Shown piece after piece: positions 39,174 to 51,000 of a DNA stretch of 64,000 bases. The translations under genes were made by a program, and so were the position numbers. Location: positions 1 to 64,000 of the IMG/VR virus record IMGVR_UViG_3300013094_000036. The stretch is one strand, 5' to 3'. This stretch comes from a virus. How positions within the stretch are numbered: position 1 is the stretch's first letter; each line of letters opens with the position of its first letter. The notes under the pieces are model-generated. The model was not told where the DNA came from. It saw only the letters and a list, made by a program, of their open reading frames with translations, and searched no databases.

Positions 39174-40252
39174 TCAAGGAAAAGGCGTTGGAAAAAATCT
39201 TTACTGTATTTTTTCTCACAGCCATTGTCTGTTGTTTCACTCAAGCCAGAGCAGAAATTGGAATTATTTCTTCTCATGAAAATAATCCGGCACAAATCAC
39301 ACGCAGTGATAAAAAAATTGCAGGTGTTAAAGGTGTGACTGTTGAAATGGCTGATATTGTGGAAACCACAGACGGAAAAGCGAATATTAAATTTAAAGAT
39401 GATACCGTGGTGGAAGTAAATGATCACAGCAAACTGGAAATAGATGAGTTTGTCTATGATTCAAAAACACCGGCTGCGTCAAAACTTTCCATGAATTTTG
39501 CTGCAGGAACTTTGAGATATGCCAGTGGAGCCATTGCCCATAACAACCCAAGTCAAGTCGATATTCACACACCGAGTGCAACCATTGCAGTGCGAGGAAC
39601 TGATTTTGCAGCCACCACCGATGAAACAGGTGCAAGCACTATTATACTGTTACCTAGCTGTCCAACACACTGGCAAGATATAAACAATGACTGCAAAACT
39701 GGAATAATTGATGTGTATAACAGTGAAGGTTCGGTTACACTTACAAAACCATTTGAAGGCACCAAAATACAAAACAGCAGCATTTCTCCAAGCAAACCGG
39801 TTACTTTAAATCTTTCTTTTGGAGCAATTAACAATTTATTAATTGTTAGTCCACCTGCTGGATTGAATAATTCTACTGCTAAAAGCGGAAAGTCTAAAAA
39901 TGATCTGAATATGAATTTTTTAGAAGATAGTGCAGACTTATTGGATAACATTTTTGTGGCAATAAAAGAAAATACAGATAATAGTCTGCAAACAAGTAGT
40001 TATTCAATCAATAACAATGAAGATGCAGCAATACTGCGGGTTTTCCCAGAATATAAAAAATCCTCTGGTGTTCAACCCAAAATTGACTCAACTGAAGAGC
40101 AACTTTGCCGACAAGATGGGGTACATAATACACAGTGCATAGGTATTCCTGCTGGACAAAATACTGCAATTACACAAACACAGAAAAATATCACTGTGAT
40201 AAACAGAGCATATAGTGGCGGAAATTCAACTATTATATTGAAGCAGAATTAA
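39170..40252 (+). CDS. FecR-domain protein
   Basis: D.V.T..G...I.F.DDT...S.L.IDEF, TPSATIAVRGTDF. Confidence 0.85.
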   Translation: MIKEKALEKIFTVFFLTAIVCCFTQARAEIGIISSHENNPAQITRSDKKIAGVKGVTVEMADIVETTDGKANIKFKDDTVVEVNDHSKLEIDEFVYDSKTPAASKLSMNFAAGTLRYASGAIAHNNPSQVDIHTPSATIAVRGTDFAATTDETGASTIILLPSCPTHWQDINNDCKTGIIDVYNSEGSVTLTKPFEGTKIQNSSISPSKPVTLNLSFGAINNLLIVSPPAGLNNSTAKSGKSKNDLNMNFLEDSADLLDNIFVAIKENTDNSLQTSSYSINNNEDAAILRVFPEYKKSSGVQPKIDSTEEQLCRQDGVHNTQCIGIPAGQNTAITQTQKNITVINRAYSGGNSTIILKQN

Positions 40253-40253
40253 T

Positions 40254-41057
40254 ATGAGAAACTTTTTTTGCTGGTTTATTATTTTTATTTCGTTTTTGCC
40301 AAGTATTGCGTGGTCACAAACAGCAAGTGAACTGGAACAGATAAAATATAACTCAGCCCAAATTGCTCGTTTAGGAATTGTAGATAACACAATAATTTTA
40401 AACAACATTGGAAATGCAAATCAAATTTACATTGAACAAGTTGGTAATAATCAATCGGTATCAGGAATAGGACAACTATCAGTGCCAATTACTGGCAATA
40501 ACAACACCATTACATTGCATCAAGGTGATACTATTTCTCATCAACCGCAAAATCTGGTTGCAATGAGTGTAAATGGCAACTTTAATTCATTAAACTTAAA
40601 TCAAGGTCCCGATTTAACAGGAACCAGCACAGGCACAGATCAAGGTTCGCATTATCAACTTATTGCTGTGAATGGTGACTCGAACACGATTTCAACTGCA
40701 CAAACTGGATTCAATCATTATGCAGAGGTCAATATTACTGGCAGTTACAATTCCCAAACACTACTGCAAACAGGCAGTAATCATCAGGCATACACTGCAA
40801 TTAACGGCAACAACAATAATTTAATTACTACACAGACAGGTTCAGGTGGTCATGTTGTTGATGTAAGTCTTGCTGGCAACAATAGCGGTGTGAATGTCAC
40901 ACAAACTGGAGAATTACAAAATCGTGCCACTGTATCTATTACAAATACTGGAGGTCCTACAGGATTGAATTTAACCCAATCAGGTGGAGCATCATTTTAT
41001 ATGCAACAGACCTGTATTTCCACTGCTGGCTGTGGAATAACCACTGTAAAACAATAA
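40254..41057 (+). CDS. Curlin-repeat secreted protein
   Basis: Repeated G..N....QTG..H motifs; signal peptide. Confidence 0.75.
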   Translation: MRNFFCWFIIFISFLPSIAWSQTASELEQIKYNSAQIARLGIVDNTIILNNIGNANQIYIEQVGNNQSVSGIGQLSVPITGNNNTITLHQGDTISHQPQNLVAMSVNGNFNSLNLNQGPDLTGTSTGTDQGSHYQLIAVNGDSNTISTAQTGFNHYAEVNITGSYNSQTLLQTGSNHQAYTAINGNNNNLITTQTGSGGHVVDVSLAGNNSGVNVTQTGELQNRATVSITNTGGPTGLNLTQSGGASFYMQQTCISTAGCGITTVKQ

Positions 41058-41079
41058 TCGTTATTCCATAAATAATTTT

Positions 41080-43134
41080 ATGTTTAAGAAAATCGCAATA
41101 TCCCCATGGATGGCCTGTGTTACTTTGGTGTTGCTACTTGTGGTTCGGGCAATGGATCCTAGTTTTGTACAAAGTGTGCGACTGCGTTATTTTGACACAC
41201 TGATCACCTCTCAGCCCAGACAAGAAAACAATATAGTGGTGGCAGACATAGATGAAAAAACACTAGACAAACTGGGTCAATGGCCATTCAAGCGTGATGA
41301 ATACGCCAAAATCATTGATGAGTTATATTCACATGGTGCTGGCCTGGTGGTCTGGGATGTATTGATGCCAGAACATGATAGACTGGGAGGCGATGATGTA
41401 TTAGCAGAAACACTAAAACACCACAAGGTAGTTCTAGTAAATGTGCCTGCTGCACAACAAAAGAATTTACCTCGCAAACCAGGCTCTACTATAATCAACA
41501 GTCAGTTTAGTGATGTGATAATGCAATATCCTGGTATTATTGCCAACATTCCCGAACTGGAATCTACCGCTGCTGGTATCGGTACAACACATACCCTGCC
41601 TGAAATTGATGGAGTAAATCGTCGCTTGCCATTGGTGGTTGCCAGTCAAGGACAATTATTTCCCAGTCTTGCCATGGAAGTGCTGCGTCTAGCAGCAGGT
41701 GACAAAGGTTTTCAATTGAAACTCAGTGAAATTGGTGTTGATAAACTTCGTATTCCTAAATTTGGTCCAATCTCAACAGACCCGCTCGGTAGAATATGGA
41801 TTGACTGGAGCCAGGGCTATAAAACTATTTCTGTCAGTGCAATACCTGAGAATTTGCAAGGTGCAATAGTAATAGTTGGTGCCAGTGCAGCAGGCATAGC
41901 AAATCCTGTTGCCACTGCGAAGGGAGCAGTATTTCCTCAAGATTTACAAGCCACTGTGATAGGTACGCTGGCCAACAAGGTCAATATAACCAGACCAGAC
42001 TATGCAGACGGTGCTGAGATTTTAACCATTTTTGCCATTGGATTGTTGATAATAGTAATATCCACATGGACATGGGCGTTTGTTCCCATCATAGTATTGC
42101 TGATAGCAAGCCATTTTGCTGCCGCATATGTATATGAAAAATATAGAATTTTAATAGATATTACTGGTTTTTTATTTTCAATAGCAATAGTGTATATGCA
42201 TGCTTACACTGTCAAGTTTGTTAGAGAATATCTACAGAAACAGCAGATCAAAAAACAATTTGAGCATTATTTGGCACCGACTATGGTAAAAAAATTACAG
42301 CAAAATCCTGCTTTGTTAAAATTAGGCGGAGATACCAGAGAACTAACAATACTATTTTGTGATATTAGAGGTTTTACTCCGATTAGTGAGCAATACAAAA
42401 CAAATCCACAAGGTCTTACAAGATTAGTTAATAGGTTCCTAACTCCCATGACAGACATTATCATGCGTAATGAAGGAACTATAGACAAATATATGGGGGA
42501 TTGTATTATGGCATTTTGGAATGCACCTATAGCAGTTCCGCAGCAACAAGAGCAGGCTGTGAAAAGTGCCACGGAAATGTTGAAACATTTGACCTTGTTA
42601 AATGCTGAATTAACCCAAGAAGGTCTATTACCCATCAACATAGGTATAGGAATCAACACTGGTGAAGTTGTTGTGGGAAACATGGGCAGTAATCAAAGAT
42701 TTGATTACAGTTGTCTGGGAGATGCTGTAAATCTTGCCAGCAGACTAGAAGGTCAGAGTAAAGAATATGGTGTCAAAATCATACTTGGTCATGACACTGT
42801 GCAAGCACTTGGTGGTAATTGGGTTCCTGTGGAATTGGATAACATTGCTGTCAAGGGCAAAATAGAAGGTGTGAAAATATTTACAATTATCAGTCATCAC
42901 AGCAAGAGTCGCCCACAAAATATAACCATTGCCATGAGTCAGCATGAAAAGTTTTTATCTGCATACAGAACACAACGCTGGGATAGAGCACTGATATTGG
43001 GCAAAAGCCTCACTTCTGCATGGAATAGTGAATTAAAAGATTATTACAAAATGATGATAAACCGTATTGAGCAACTGAAACAAGATCCACCTGGTGCTGA
43101 CTGGGACACAATTTATCGTTCAAAAACCAAGTGA
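41080..43134 (+). CDS. CHASE2-domain class III adenylate/guanylate cyclase
   Basis: IDE..L..LGQWP.R, TM helices, FCDIRGFT, DKYMGD, GIGINTG, GD.VNLASRLEG. Confidence 0.95.
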   Translation: MFKKIAISPWMACVTLVLLLVVRAMDPSFVQSVRLRYFDTLITSQPRQENNIVVADIDEKTLDKLGQWPFKRDEYAKIIDELYSHGAGLVVWDVLMPEHDRLGGDDVLAETLKHHKVVLVNVPAAQQKNLPRKPGSTIINSQFSDVIMQYPGIIANIPELESTAAGIGTTHTLPEIDGVNRRLPLVVASQGQLFPSLAMEVLRLAAGDKGFQLKLSEIGVDKLRIPKFGPISTDPLGRIWIDWSQGYKTISVSAIPENLQGAIVIVGASAAGIANPVATAKGAVFPQDLQATVIGTLANKVNITRPDYADGAEILTIFAIGLLIIVISTWTWAFVPIIVLLIASHFAAAYVYEKYRILIDITGFLFSIAIVYMHAYTVKFVREYLQKQQIKKQFEHYLAPTMVKKLQQNPALLKLGGDTRELTILFCDIRGFTPISEQYKTNPQGLTRLVNRFLTPMTDIIMRNEGTIDKYMGDCIMAFWNAPIAVPQQQEQAVKSATEMLKHLTLLNAELTQEGLLPINIGIGINTGEVVVGNMGSNQRFDYSCLGDAVNLASRLEGQSKEYGVKIILGHDTVQALGGNWVPVELDNIAVKGKIEGVKIFTIISHHSKSRPQNITIAMSQHEKFLSAYRTQRWDRALILGKSLTSAWNSELKDYYKMMINRIEQLKQDPPGADWDTIYRSKTK

Positions 43135-43135
43135 A

Positions 43136-43471
43136 CTAGCCATTCCCAGCAGATGCTTCATTTTCTTCATCAGATTTCTTTTTTTCGTGTGCTCGTTGAT
43201 TGATAATTTTTTCAGCCTCGACACGCTCATGTTCGATGGTTTTGCCACGAAGATACAACACCGTATTGACCTTTTGATTGAGCCTTATAAGATCATTGTC
43301 TAATACTCTGATGCGATCAATCAATGCAATCAACACACCGTTTGCATCACTTAATACAGGTTTTACTTCTTGTGTACACCATTCCCACACACGATGTATT
43401 ATAAATCCCATGCCAACTGCCATCACAACAGGGAATCCATATTTGGTTATTATGTCTGCTATTTCGTTCAT
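43136..43471 (-). CDS. Small membrane protein
   Basis: YGFPV TM segment; LIDRIR.LDNDLIRL. Confidence 0.65.
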   Translation of the reverse strand: MNEIADIITKYGFPVVMAVGMGFIIHRVWEWCTQEVKPVLSDANGVLIALIDRIRVLDNDLIRLNQKVNTVLYLRGKTIEHERVEAEKIINQRAHEKKKSDEENEASAGNG

Positions 43472-43489
43472 AAATTGTAATTCCTTGTT

Positions 43490-43771
43490 TCAGTCTCTTC
43501 TAGCATCTGTTTTGCCATCAGCACGGCCAATTCTATCTAAATCTGGCCGGATACCCAATGCACTTGAAACCAAAGTATCAATGCGTATAACATCTGCATT
43601 CATGGTTTTAACCCGATTATCCAGTGCTGTGATAATACCTGCCATGCCTTTTATGCTGCTGAGCACGCCACCCAACAGCAATTTGATAGTGAGATAAACA
43701 AAGTATCCTCCTGCAATGGCAGCCACTACTGGAAATCCCAAATCACCAATAAGTTTAAAAATTTCTGTCAT
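43490..43771 (-). CDS. Small membrane protein, paralogous to the adjacent gene
   Basis: LGFPV TM segment; LDNRVKTMN.D.IRID. Confidence 0.65.
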   Translation of the reverse strand: MTEIFKLIGDLGFPVVAAIAGGYFVYLTIKLLLGGVLSSIKGMAGIITALDNRVKTMNADVIRIDTLVSSALGIRPDLDRIGRADGKTDARRD

Positions 43772-43894
43772 AAAAACTTTCCTTTTTCAAAAATTATTTA
43801 AATTATCAATAAGATAGTTATCCGCGTATTTTATTGTCATAGAGCATCAGAGTGTGTTATTGTATAGTTATTATACTTAAAAAATCTGGAGAAC

Positions 43895-44830
43895 TTGATG
43901 AAAATTGTTTGCGGTAATTCAAATATACCATTTGGTGAATCTATATCCACTGTATTGAAGACACCATTAACAAAATCAACAATTAAGCGATTTGCAGACA
44001 AGGAAATTAGTGTAGAGATAACCGAAAATATCCGAGGTTCTGATGTTTTTGTAATTCAAAGCACAAGTTATCCAGCCAATGATAATCTCATGGAACTGTT
44101 ATTAATACTTGATGCTCTCCGTAGAAGTTCGGCAAAGAGAGTTACCGCTGTTATCCCATATTTTGGTTATGCAAGACAAGATAGAAAAAGTGGACCAAGA
44201 ACACCAATTTCAGCAAAATTAGTAGCCAATCTTATTACACAGGCAGGTGCTGACAGAATTCTCACTCTTGATTTACATGCTGGGCAAATTCAAGGTTTTT
44301 TTGATATTCCAGTTGATAATTTATATGCTGCACCTCTATTTGCAAAGGATATCAATCAGCGATATCAGCAGCAATTACCACTGGTGATTTCACCAGATGT
44401 CGGCGGAGTTACTCGTGCCCGTCAACTGGCAACTCGAATAAACAGTGATTTGGCAATAATTGACAAGCGTAGAGAAAGAGCAGGTGTATCAGAAGTGATG
44501 AATGTTATTGGCGATGTTTCTGACAGAGATTGTATTTTGATAGATGACATTGTTGACAGTGGAGGAACTTTGATAAATGCTGCAAAAGCACTGATTCAAC
44601 GAGGTGCCAAATCGGTTGAAGTTTATGTTACACATGGTGTTCTAAGTGGTGATGCAGTTAAAAGAATTAACGACAGCGATATAAGACAAGTCTCTATCAC
44701 AGATAGTATCTTTGCCACACAACCTGTAAATGTTTCACAGAAAATTCGTCATTTAACAGTTGCACCATTATTTGCAGATGCCATGGCAAGAATTCATGAT
44801 GAGCGTAGTGTCAGTTCTCTGTTTGATTAA
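43895..44830 (+). CDS. prs: Ribose-phosphate pyrophosphokinase
   Basis: [35 protein letters not shown]. Confidence 0.97.
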   Translation: MMKIVCGNSNIPFGESISTVLKTPLTKSTIKRFADKEISVEITENIRGSDVFVIQSTSYPANDNLMELLLILDALRRSSAKRVTAVIPYFGYARQDRKSGPRTPISAKLVANLITQAGADRILTLDLHAGQIQGFFDIPVDNLYAAPLFAKDINQRYQQQLPLVISPDVGGVTRARQLATRINSDLAIIDKRRERAGVSEVMNVIGDVSDRDCILIDDIVDSGGTLINAAKALIQRGAKSVEVYVTHGVLSGDAVKRINDSDIRQVSITDSIFATQPVNVSQKIRHLTVAPLFADAMARIHDERSVSSLFD

Positions 44831-45506
44831 GGGTGTGTAGTGGTGTATATGGTCTAACTGTGGATTCTATCACAGGCTCCCACCAATGCACTTTGTTGAC
44901 TATATGAGGAACTCCATGGGGTGAATGAACATGTGCTGATTTTTTGGAACCATGCTCAACATAATAGAGTTTGTTCTTTTTATGGTCATATTTAAACTTG
45001 CGAATTTCAACTGTAATATGACTATCAGCCATCCAAAAATCTAACTTATGTCTTGGATTAAATTCGCTCCATAATTCCCAACCAAAACTGAGAAAAGGTT
45101 TTTTATCCAAAGAGCGTATCTCATCAATAGAAGTAAGAGCAAGTTGATGTTTAATATGCCACCATGTATTGCCCAACAACTTGCACAATAACAGAGAAAT
45201 TTTCTTGAAAAAAGGCAATTCTGCTTTTAATTTTGTTTCAACTGTTGTCAAATCTATGTGTTCTACTCGTGCAAATTTAGATTTTAATAACCTTGCGAGA
45301 GCAAGTGGGGAAGTGACAACCATATGTAGAAATTTTACCAAGGTAATAAAAAATTTGTGAATTATGTTTTTGATAAAATTTCCAATCTTACTTAATATTT
45401 TGCATAAAATCTTCAACAAAGATCCTATAAAAACATGGTACATAATAACAAGAAGAGAAGGTTGTTTATTTCTAACTGCCATGAACTTATTTATTACAAA
45501 CAACAA
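44811..45506 (-). CDS. Hypothetical protein
   Basis: Long ORF with a hydrophobic/basic N-terminus. Confidence 0.45.
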   Translation of the reverse strand: MLFVINKFMAVRNKQPSLLVIMYHVFIGSLLKILCKILSKIGNFIKNIIHKFFITLVKFLHMVVTSPLALARLLKSKFARVEHIDLTTVETKLKAELPFFKKISLLLCKLLGNTWWHIKHQLALTSIDEIRSLDKKPFLSFGWELWSEFNPRHKLDFWMADSHITVEIRKFKYDHKKNKLYYVEHGSKKSAHVHSPHGVPHIVNKVHWWEPVIESTVRPYTPLHTLNQTEN

Positions 45507-45557
45507 ACATGATATAAAAAAATATAAATATGCTCAATATAGAAAATTGAGGTCATC

Positions 45558-46181
45558 ATGGACAATTATACTGAAATTAAAAAATTTAAAACGATTCTGG
45601 AATCAGTTGAAGCACAATCAATGACATTTCATGACCAAGATATGGAAGAAGGAAACGAATTTTCTGGTGCTAGAGCAGCAGCAATAAAAGCAGGCAAAGA
45701 CACATTTACAGTTGACGGTAAAACATATCATGTAACTGGTGATAAAAAAATAGATGAATCTGCTTATACATATAAAGACGATGAAATAAGTGATTTACAT
45801 AAAGATGTTTATGGCTACCGTCCAAAAGAACATTTCTGGAACGAATGGCATAATGCCACACCCGATGAAAAACAAGATATTTGGAATGGATTAGTGAAAA
45901 ATATAGATTCAAATGATGAGGAAATGGACACAGATTCAGAGCCACTATCATTTATGAGTCACAGTGATGATTTCGATTCACCATACTATGACGATGACAT
46001 GAAGGTTGAATCATCAGAGGATATTGCAGATTGGGACACTCTTGCTTTGGAAGCAAGGCATGATATTAATTCACAATGGAAACAAACATTTGAAAAAACT
46101 GATATCACAGTGAAAAATGTGGAAACAACATCAGACCAAAATATTCAAAGATTACAAGAATTAAGTGGAATCAACAAATAA
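45558..46181 (+). CDS. Acidic late protein (possible internal head protein)
   Basis: TATAAATA upstream; EGNEF.GA..A..AGK.TF.VDGK and RL.ELSGI motifs. Confidence 0.6.
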   Translation: MDNYTEIKKFKTILESVEAQSMTFHDQDMEEGNEFSGARAAAIKAGKDTFTVDGKTYHVTGDKKIDESAYTYKDDEISDLHKDVYGYRPKEHFWNEWHNATPDEKQDIWNGLVKNIDSNDEEMDTDSEPLSFMSHSDDFDSPYYDDDMKVESSEDIADWDTLALEARHDINSQWKQTFEKTDITVKNVETTSDQNIQRLQELSGINK

Positions 46182-46198
46182 CAAACAAGGTTGGTCCT

Positions 46199-46813
46199 AT
46201 GAAAAAGAAAAATATGTCAACTATGGACGAAGGAAGAATAGGCTCAGCAGTACGACTGGATGAATTGCCACCACAGTATAGAAAATATCCAGTTCTTGGT
46301 CGAGGTGCAACCACAATAGCACTTGCCAAAGATGATAAAACTGCTTTGCTTTTTACCAGAGATTACATGAAGGTTGATTGGCTAAGACATGGAATCCACA
46401 TGGTATCTCATTCTGAAGTAATAAATCCTGTGCGGTCTCATCACATAAGAGGTATGCAAGAGTTAGACATTTATATGCTTGTGGTACCACGATTGCAAAA
46501 ATTATCTGGAAAAAATATCCGTATAGTGAGCAGAGAGATAGCGGATTATACAAAAATACTTCGCAAGCATCAAAAAGAAATAGGTTATGGATTCAATAAA
46601 AAACACCAAGTTATAATTGCAATAGCAGCAGAATATGAAGAACAACATCCAAATAGTTTATTGGCACCGTTATTTTCTTGGATAATGGACTATGATCCCA
46701 ACCAGTATCACCTTGATTTAGGTCGAAGACAATTTTTGCAAACTGCAGATGGCAAAATAGTTCTTGTTGATCCTATTGTAAGTGCAGAGTTAATGGATTT
46801 GTTTTACAACTGA
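46199..46813 (+). CDS. Kinase-like-fold hypothetical protein
   Basis: LGRGAT glycine loop; DLG..QF...IVLVDP. Confidence 0.5.
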   Translation: MKKKNMSTMDEGRIGSAVRLDELPPQYRKYPVLGRGATTIALAKDDKTALLFTRDYMKVDWLRHGIHMVSHSEVINPVRSHHIRGMQELDIYMLVVPRLQKLSGKNIRIVSREIADYTKILRKHQKEIGYGFNKKHQVIIAIAAEYEEQHPNSLLAPLFSWIMDYDPNQYHLDLGRRQFLQTADGKIVLVDPIVSAELMDLFYN

Positions 46814-46878
46814 CCTGGTTTATTTAAAACCTTGACAACGGATATTTTCATGCTATTATGCCCTAAAAGGAGCATATC

Positions 46879-47079
46879 ATGACAAGTACTTTCGACATAA
46901 CAGCAGTGATTCAACGGATGAACAAGTTTTCTGAGGTAAGTAAATCTCATGAAGTCAGCAACACAGTTGCAAGAATTGCCAACAAACTTCTACGCATAAA
47001 CGACAGCAATGCAGAGGGCTTTACAAAACAAGAGCAAAATATTATTCGCCTGTTCCTCACTAAAAAGATAGCTGCATAA
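46879..47079 (+). CDS. Hypothetical protein
   Basis: Promoter at 46832, GGAG RBS, ends KKIAA. Confidence 0.6.
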   Translation: MTSTFDITAVIQRMNKFSEVSKSHEVSNTVARIANKLLRINDSNAEGFTKQEQNIIRLFLTKKIAA

Positions 47080-47134
47080 AATTCTTGACATCGTCAACAA
47101 TTGATATTATCGTTATTCATATTGGATTGCATAA

Positions 47135-47581
47135 ATGAAAATTCTAACAGAATCAACTTTTCTGACCGACAAGGGTATTGAAATTATTGAAACAAAGATG
47201 AATGCAAAGTATGTCTTTGAAAGTTGCTTGAAAAATATAGATGGCGGATGGGCTAATATGCCTGTGGCTGTTTTTTATACTGACAGTGCTCATCCACAAG
47301 GCAGCAACTATTTTGGTATATATACCAATGATGCAGGTGTAACCATGATCACTGATGCTATTGCTGCTACAGAAAAATTTCAAGGTCTGTCGATTGATGA
47401 TGAAGTAATCTATAGTCGATATCGTCATGATTTTCGCGAACACCATGGTGTTTTCATAGATGGTGGCAGAGACTATACTCGGTGTGGCGGCGATAGAATT
47501 TCAGAAGCCAAAGTTGTCAATATCTGTGTTGTCCGCGATCATTTGGAAATTATTGAGAACAACGATGTTTCGACATCTTAA
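47135..47581 (+). CDS. Conserved phage hypothetical protein
   Basis: YSRYRHDF...FIDGGRDY motif. Confidence 0.7.
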   Translation: MKILTESTFLTDKGIEIIETKMNAKYVFESCLKNIDGGWANMPVAVFYTDSAHPQGSNYFGIYTNDAGVTMITDAIAATEKFQGLSIDDEVIYSRYRHDFREHHGVFIDGGRDYTRCGGDRISEAKVVNICVVRDHLEIIENNDVSTS

Positions 47582-47771
47582 TCAACAAGACCACCAAATT
47601 ATTTTAAAAAATGCCAAACAAGCGTGGGCAGATTGGTATCGCAAGGGTGTAAGACCAGATAACATAATAATGCAAGATACTCTGGAATTTTGGACTGTAT
47701 TGGAAACAGAAAAATTTATACGAAAACTAATTCAAACAACAGAATCCAATGGCAACGATAGGACCCAATGA
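47565..47771 (+). CDS. Hypothetical protein
   Basis: Internal ATG of the track ORF, overlapping its neighbours. Confidence 0.45.
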   Translation: MFRHLNQQDHQIILKNAKQAWADWYRKGVRPDNIIMQDTLEFWTVLETEKFIRKLIQTTESNGNDRTQ

Positions 47772-47970
47772 TTGTAAAAACACAATAGTACCACTATCAT
47801 GGTTGGTACATGTTGGACGGTTAAAACACAAAGTCAATAGAGAAGATATGGCAGCATGGTGTAAAGAATTGCCCAACAGATATAACACTGATTGGGATTA
47901 TGACAAGGGTGGGTCCTGGTATTTTCGCTACAAAGAAGATGCTGTGGCATTTTTTATGGTGTGGGGATAA
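47749..47970 (+). CDS. Hypothetical protein (small W..F..W family)
   Basis: AWCKE...WYFR.KEDAVAF.M.WG. Confidence 0.6.
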   Translation: MATIGPNDCKNTIVPLSWLVHVGRLKHKVNREDMAAWCKELPNRYNTDWDYDKGGSWYFRYKEDAVAFFMVWG

Positions 47971-48015
47971 AACAAAAACTGCTAAATACAGATATTCTAG
48001 AGTGAAATATCTGTC

Positions 48016-51000
48016 ATGGCACTTAACTTTCCTTATCCAGCAACACAAGATCAAATTTATCTAGCTCCTAATGGAGTGACATATGTATATGATGGTCATA
48101 AATGGGTTGTACAACCCACTTCACCCACTGGCAATCTAATACTGTCAAACAATGTTATCACCAGCAATAATTTAGGTAATATCTATATTGACAGTAATAA
48201 TTTTACCTGGACATTTGATAACACTGGTGGATTGGTATTTCCAGACAATACTGTGCAAACTACAGCAGGTGGTGGCGGTAACATCAATACTGGCAATATA
48301 CGATTCAGGGGTGACGCCATTTATGATTTCAACGGCATCATTGTTGAGAACGCAGATTTATTACATGGTGCCACTGCGGCATTAATTTTACCTGCCAATG
48401 GTGATACTTCGGATATATTTCTGAATAGACTATATGGTGGCGTTACCATAGGAACCGGTCCTGCCAATGCTATAACCAATCAGTGGGAGTTTGGTTCTGA
48501 TGGTACATTAAACTTGCCTGCTGCCAGCAATGGCAATGCTGTCATACAAAGTTTATCTCCGATAGAACTAAATTCCCAAAATAATATTTGGATATTTAAA
48601 ACAGATGGTAATTTAGAATTGCCTATAATTTTTGGGCAAGACACATCAATAGGCACCACATTTAATACCAATCCACCAGGCCATACATTGACATTAAAAT
48701 ATAATGGTGGGGTCAATGATGGAAGTGGTGGAGAACTGCAGTTTAATTATGGAACAGCTGAGATTAATGTTGTCAAAGATGCAGGTATAACTAGAACTTG
48801 GACCTTTGGTTCAGATGGAGTATTAACCCTGCCAGATGGTGGTTATCTTGACGATAATGGTGGAATTACTCGTCTTGGTGCAGCCGGTAACATGGGTGTA
48901 CAAATAGGCAGCAGTGATCAGCAAAATTATGTTACTGCCAGCGATATAGGCGTAACAATACAGACTCTTGCAGATACAGTCAACAGCCTATGGGTTTTTG
49001 ACATCAACGGTGCGATAACCATGCCTCTACATACTAGGCTGAACAGCGGTGGTATTGGCAACACAAATAGTGCAGAGTTTGGTACGGTAGTCAACACCTA
49101 TACTGACAATGGCATAGTACAGAACAGCCAGATATACATGAGCGCTGGCACTGGCGAAGCTCGCATACTAGTTAACATGGAAGGCCAAACTCTGGTCTAT
49201 TACGGCACTGAAGAAGTATATAACCCCAACTTCACTGGCATGGTCAGCATGGATCCAAATGTACGCAGTCAGTATGCCATGAGCGCGGACGACAACGGTA
49301 ACATACTGATTGGAGGCGCACAGATCGGTGGCACGCTGGTCAGCAGCGACTATATTGCTGGTATTGGTTCATTGAACAGCGACTATAACATGAACGGGCT
49401 TTATGCTGACACCAAGTCCACCTTGGTCAGCGGACTTGGCAATGTGCGTGTACAAAGCGGCGGCGGCCTGATCTGGCAGTTTAATTCAGATGGAACACTT
49501 ACATTACCCAACTCTTATAATTCTTTATATCAGACTGATAACGCATTAATAAAATCTATTGCAAATATACAAATAAGTGCAGGAGAAAGTTCCCTAATAT
49601 TTGCCACTGATGGCAATTTAACAGTGCCCAATATTCTTAATGTTGGTGTTACAACTTATATTGGCAGTAACAGTATTGGCAATGTGCCAGCAGCAGCCCT
49701 GAATCTAAACAATTCAGGAGCACCTGGTCAACTGCTAACACAGTTGACCCTGATCAACACTGCAGGCAACGGTGGTACTGGCAGTGCCATTGATTTCTAC
49801 ACATATACCAATCAGGGCAATGGAATTCCTGGTGCTCGATTACAATCTATAGATGATGACAATTATAGTGGTATTTTCAGCATAGCCTTAAAAGGACCAG
49901 GTAGTGGCGGCAACAACGATTTGACTACTTTTTGGACATTTGGTCCTGATGGCAGTTTGACATTTCCAGATGGCAGCAAACAAACTTCTGCTTATCAGGT
50001 TCCAGATATAGTAATAACTGGGTCCTGGGCGTATGAGTTTATGTTTGACATTACAAACACTTGGTCATCAAACTATTCTCAACCTGTTATTAAAGTTGAT
50101 AGATTAGTATATAATGAAAATGGTCATGGCAATACATTGACTAGTTTTACATTCAACAATGTTGTTTATATACAAAACGACTTTGATTTTGAAAACGATA
50201 CAATATTGACTTCAATAAGCATGCCAAAACTAATTTATGTGGGCGGAAATTTCAATATATCATATGATGACGCTTTAACAAATTTAGATATTTCTTTGTT
50301 AACAACAGTCGATGGCAACTTTTATCCCAATAACAATAATGCACTGACAGTAATTTCGGTACCTGCATTGACCACAGTAGGCGGAAACTTTTATCCCAAT
50401 TACAATCATGCTCTTGAATCAATGAATTTGACATTTTTGTCTTCAGTGGGTGGTGATTTTGATCCCAATAACAATACCTTATTGACAGAAATTAATGTTC
50501 CTGTATTAACCGCAGTCGGTGGTGGATTCTATCCCAATTACAATCCTGCTATGATATCCATGGATTTGACATCGCTGTCCTCAGTAGGTGGTGATTTTGA
50601 TCCCAACAGCAATAATTCACTCACGACAATTTCCGTGCCTGCACTGACCACAGTCGGTGGTTCTTTCTATCCCAATTACAATCCTGCTATGGTATCCATG
50701 GATTTGACATCGCTGTCCTCAGTAGGTGGTGATTTTGATCCCAATAACAATACCAGTCTTACAACAATTTCGGTACCTGCATTGACCACAGTCGGTGGTG
50801 AATTCTATCCCAATTACAATCCTGCTATGGTATCAATGGACTTGATATTATTGTCTTCAGTGGGTGGTGATTTTGATCCCAATAACAATACCAGTCTTAC
50901 AACAATTTCGGTACCTGAATTGACCACAGTCAGTGGTGCTTTCTATCCCAATAGCAACAATTCACTCACTGAAATTTCTGTACCTGCATTAACCACAATT

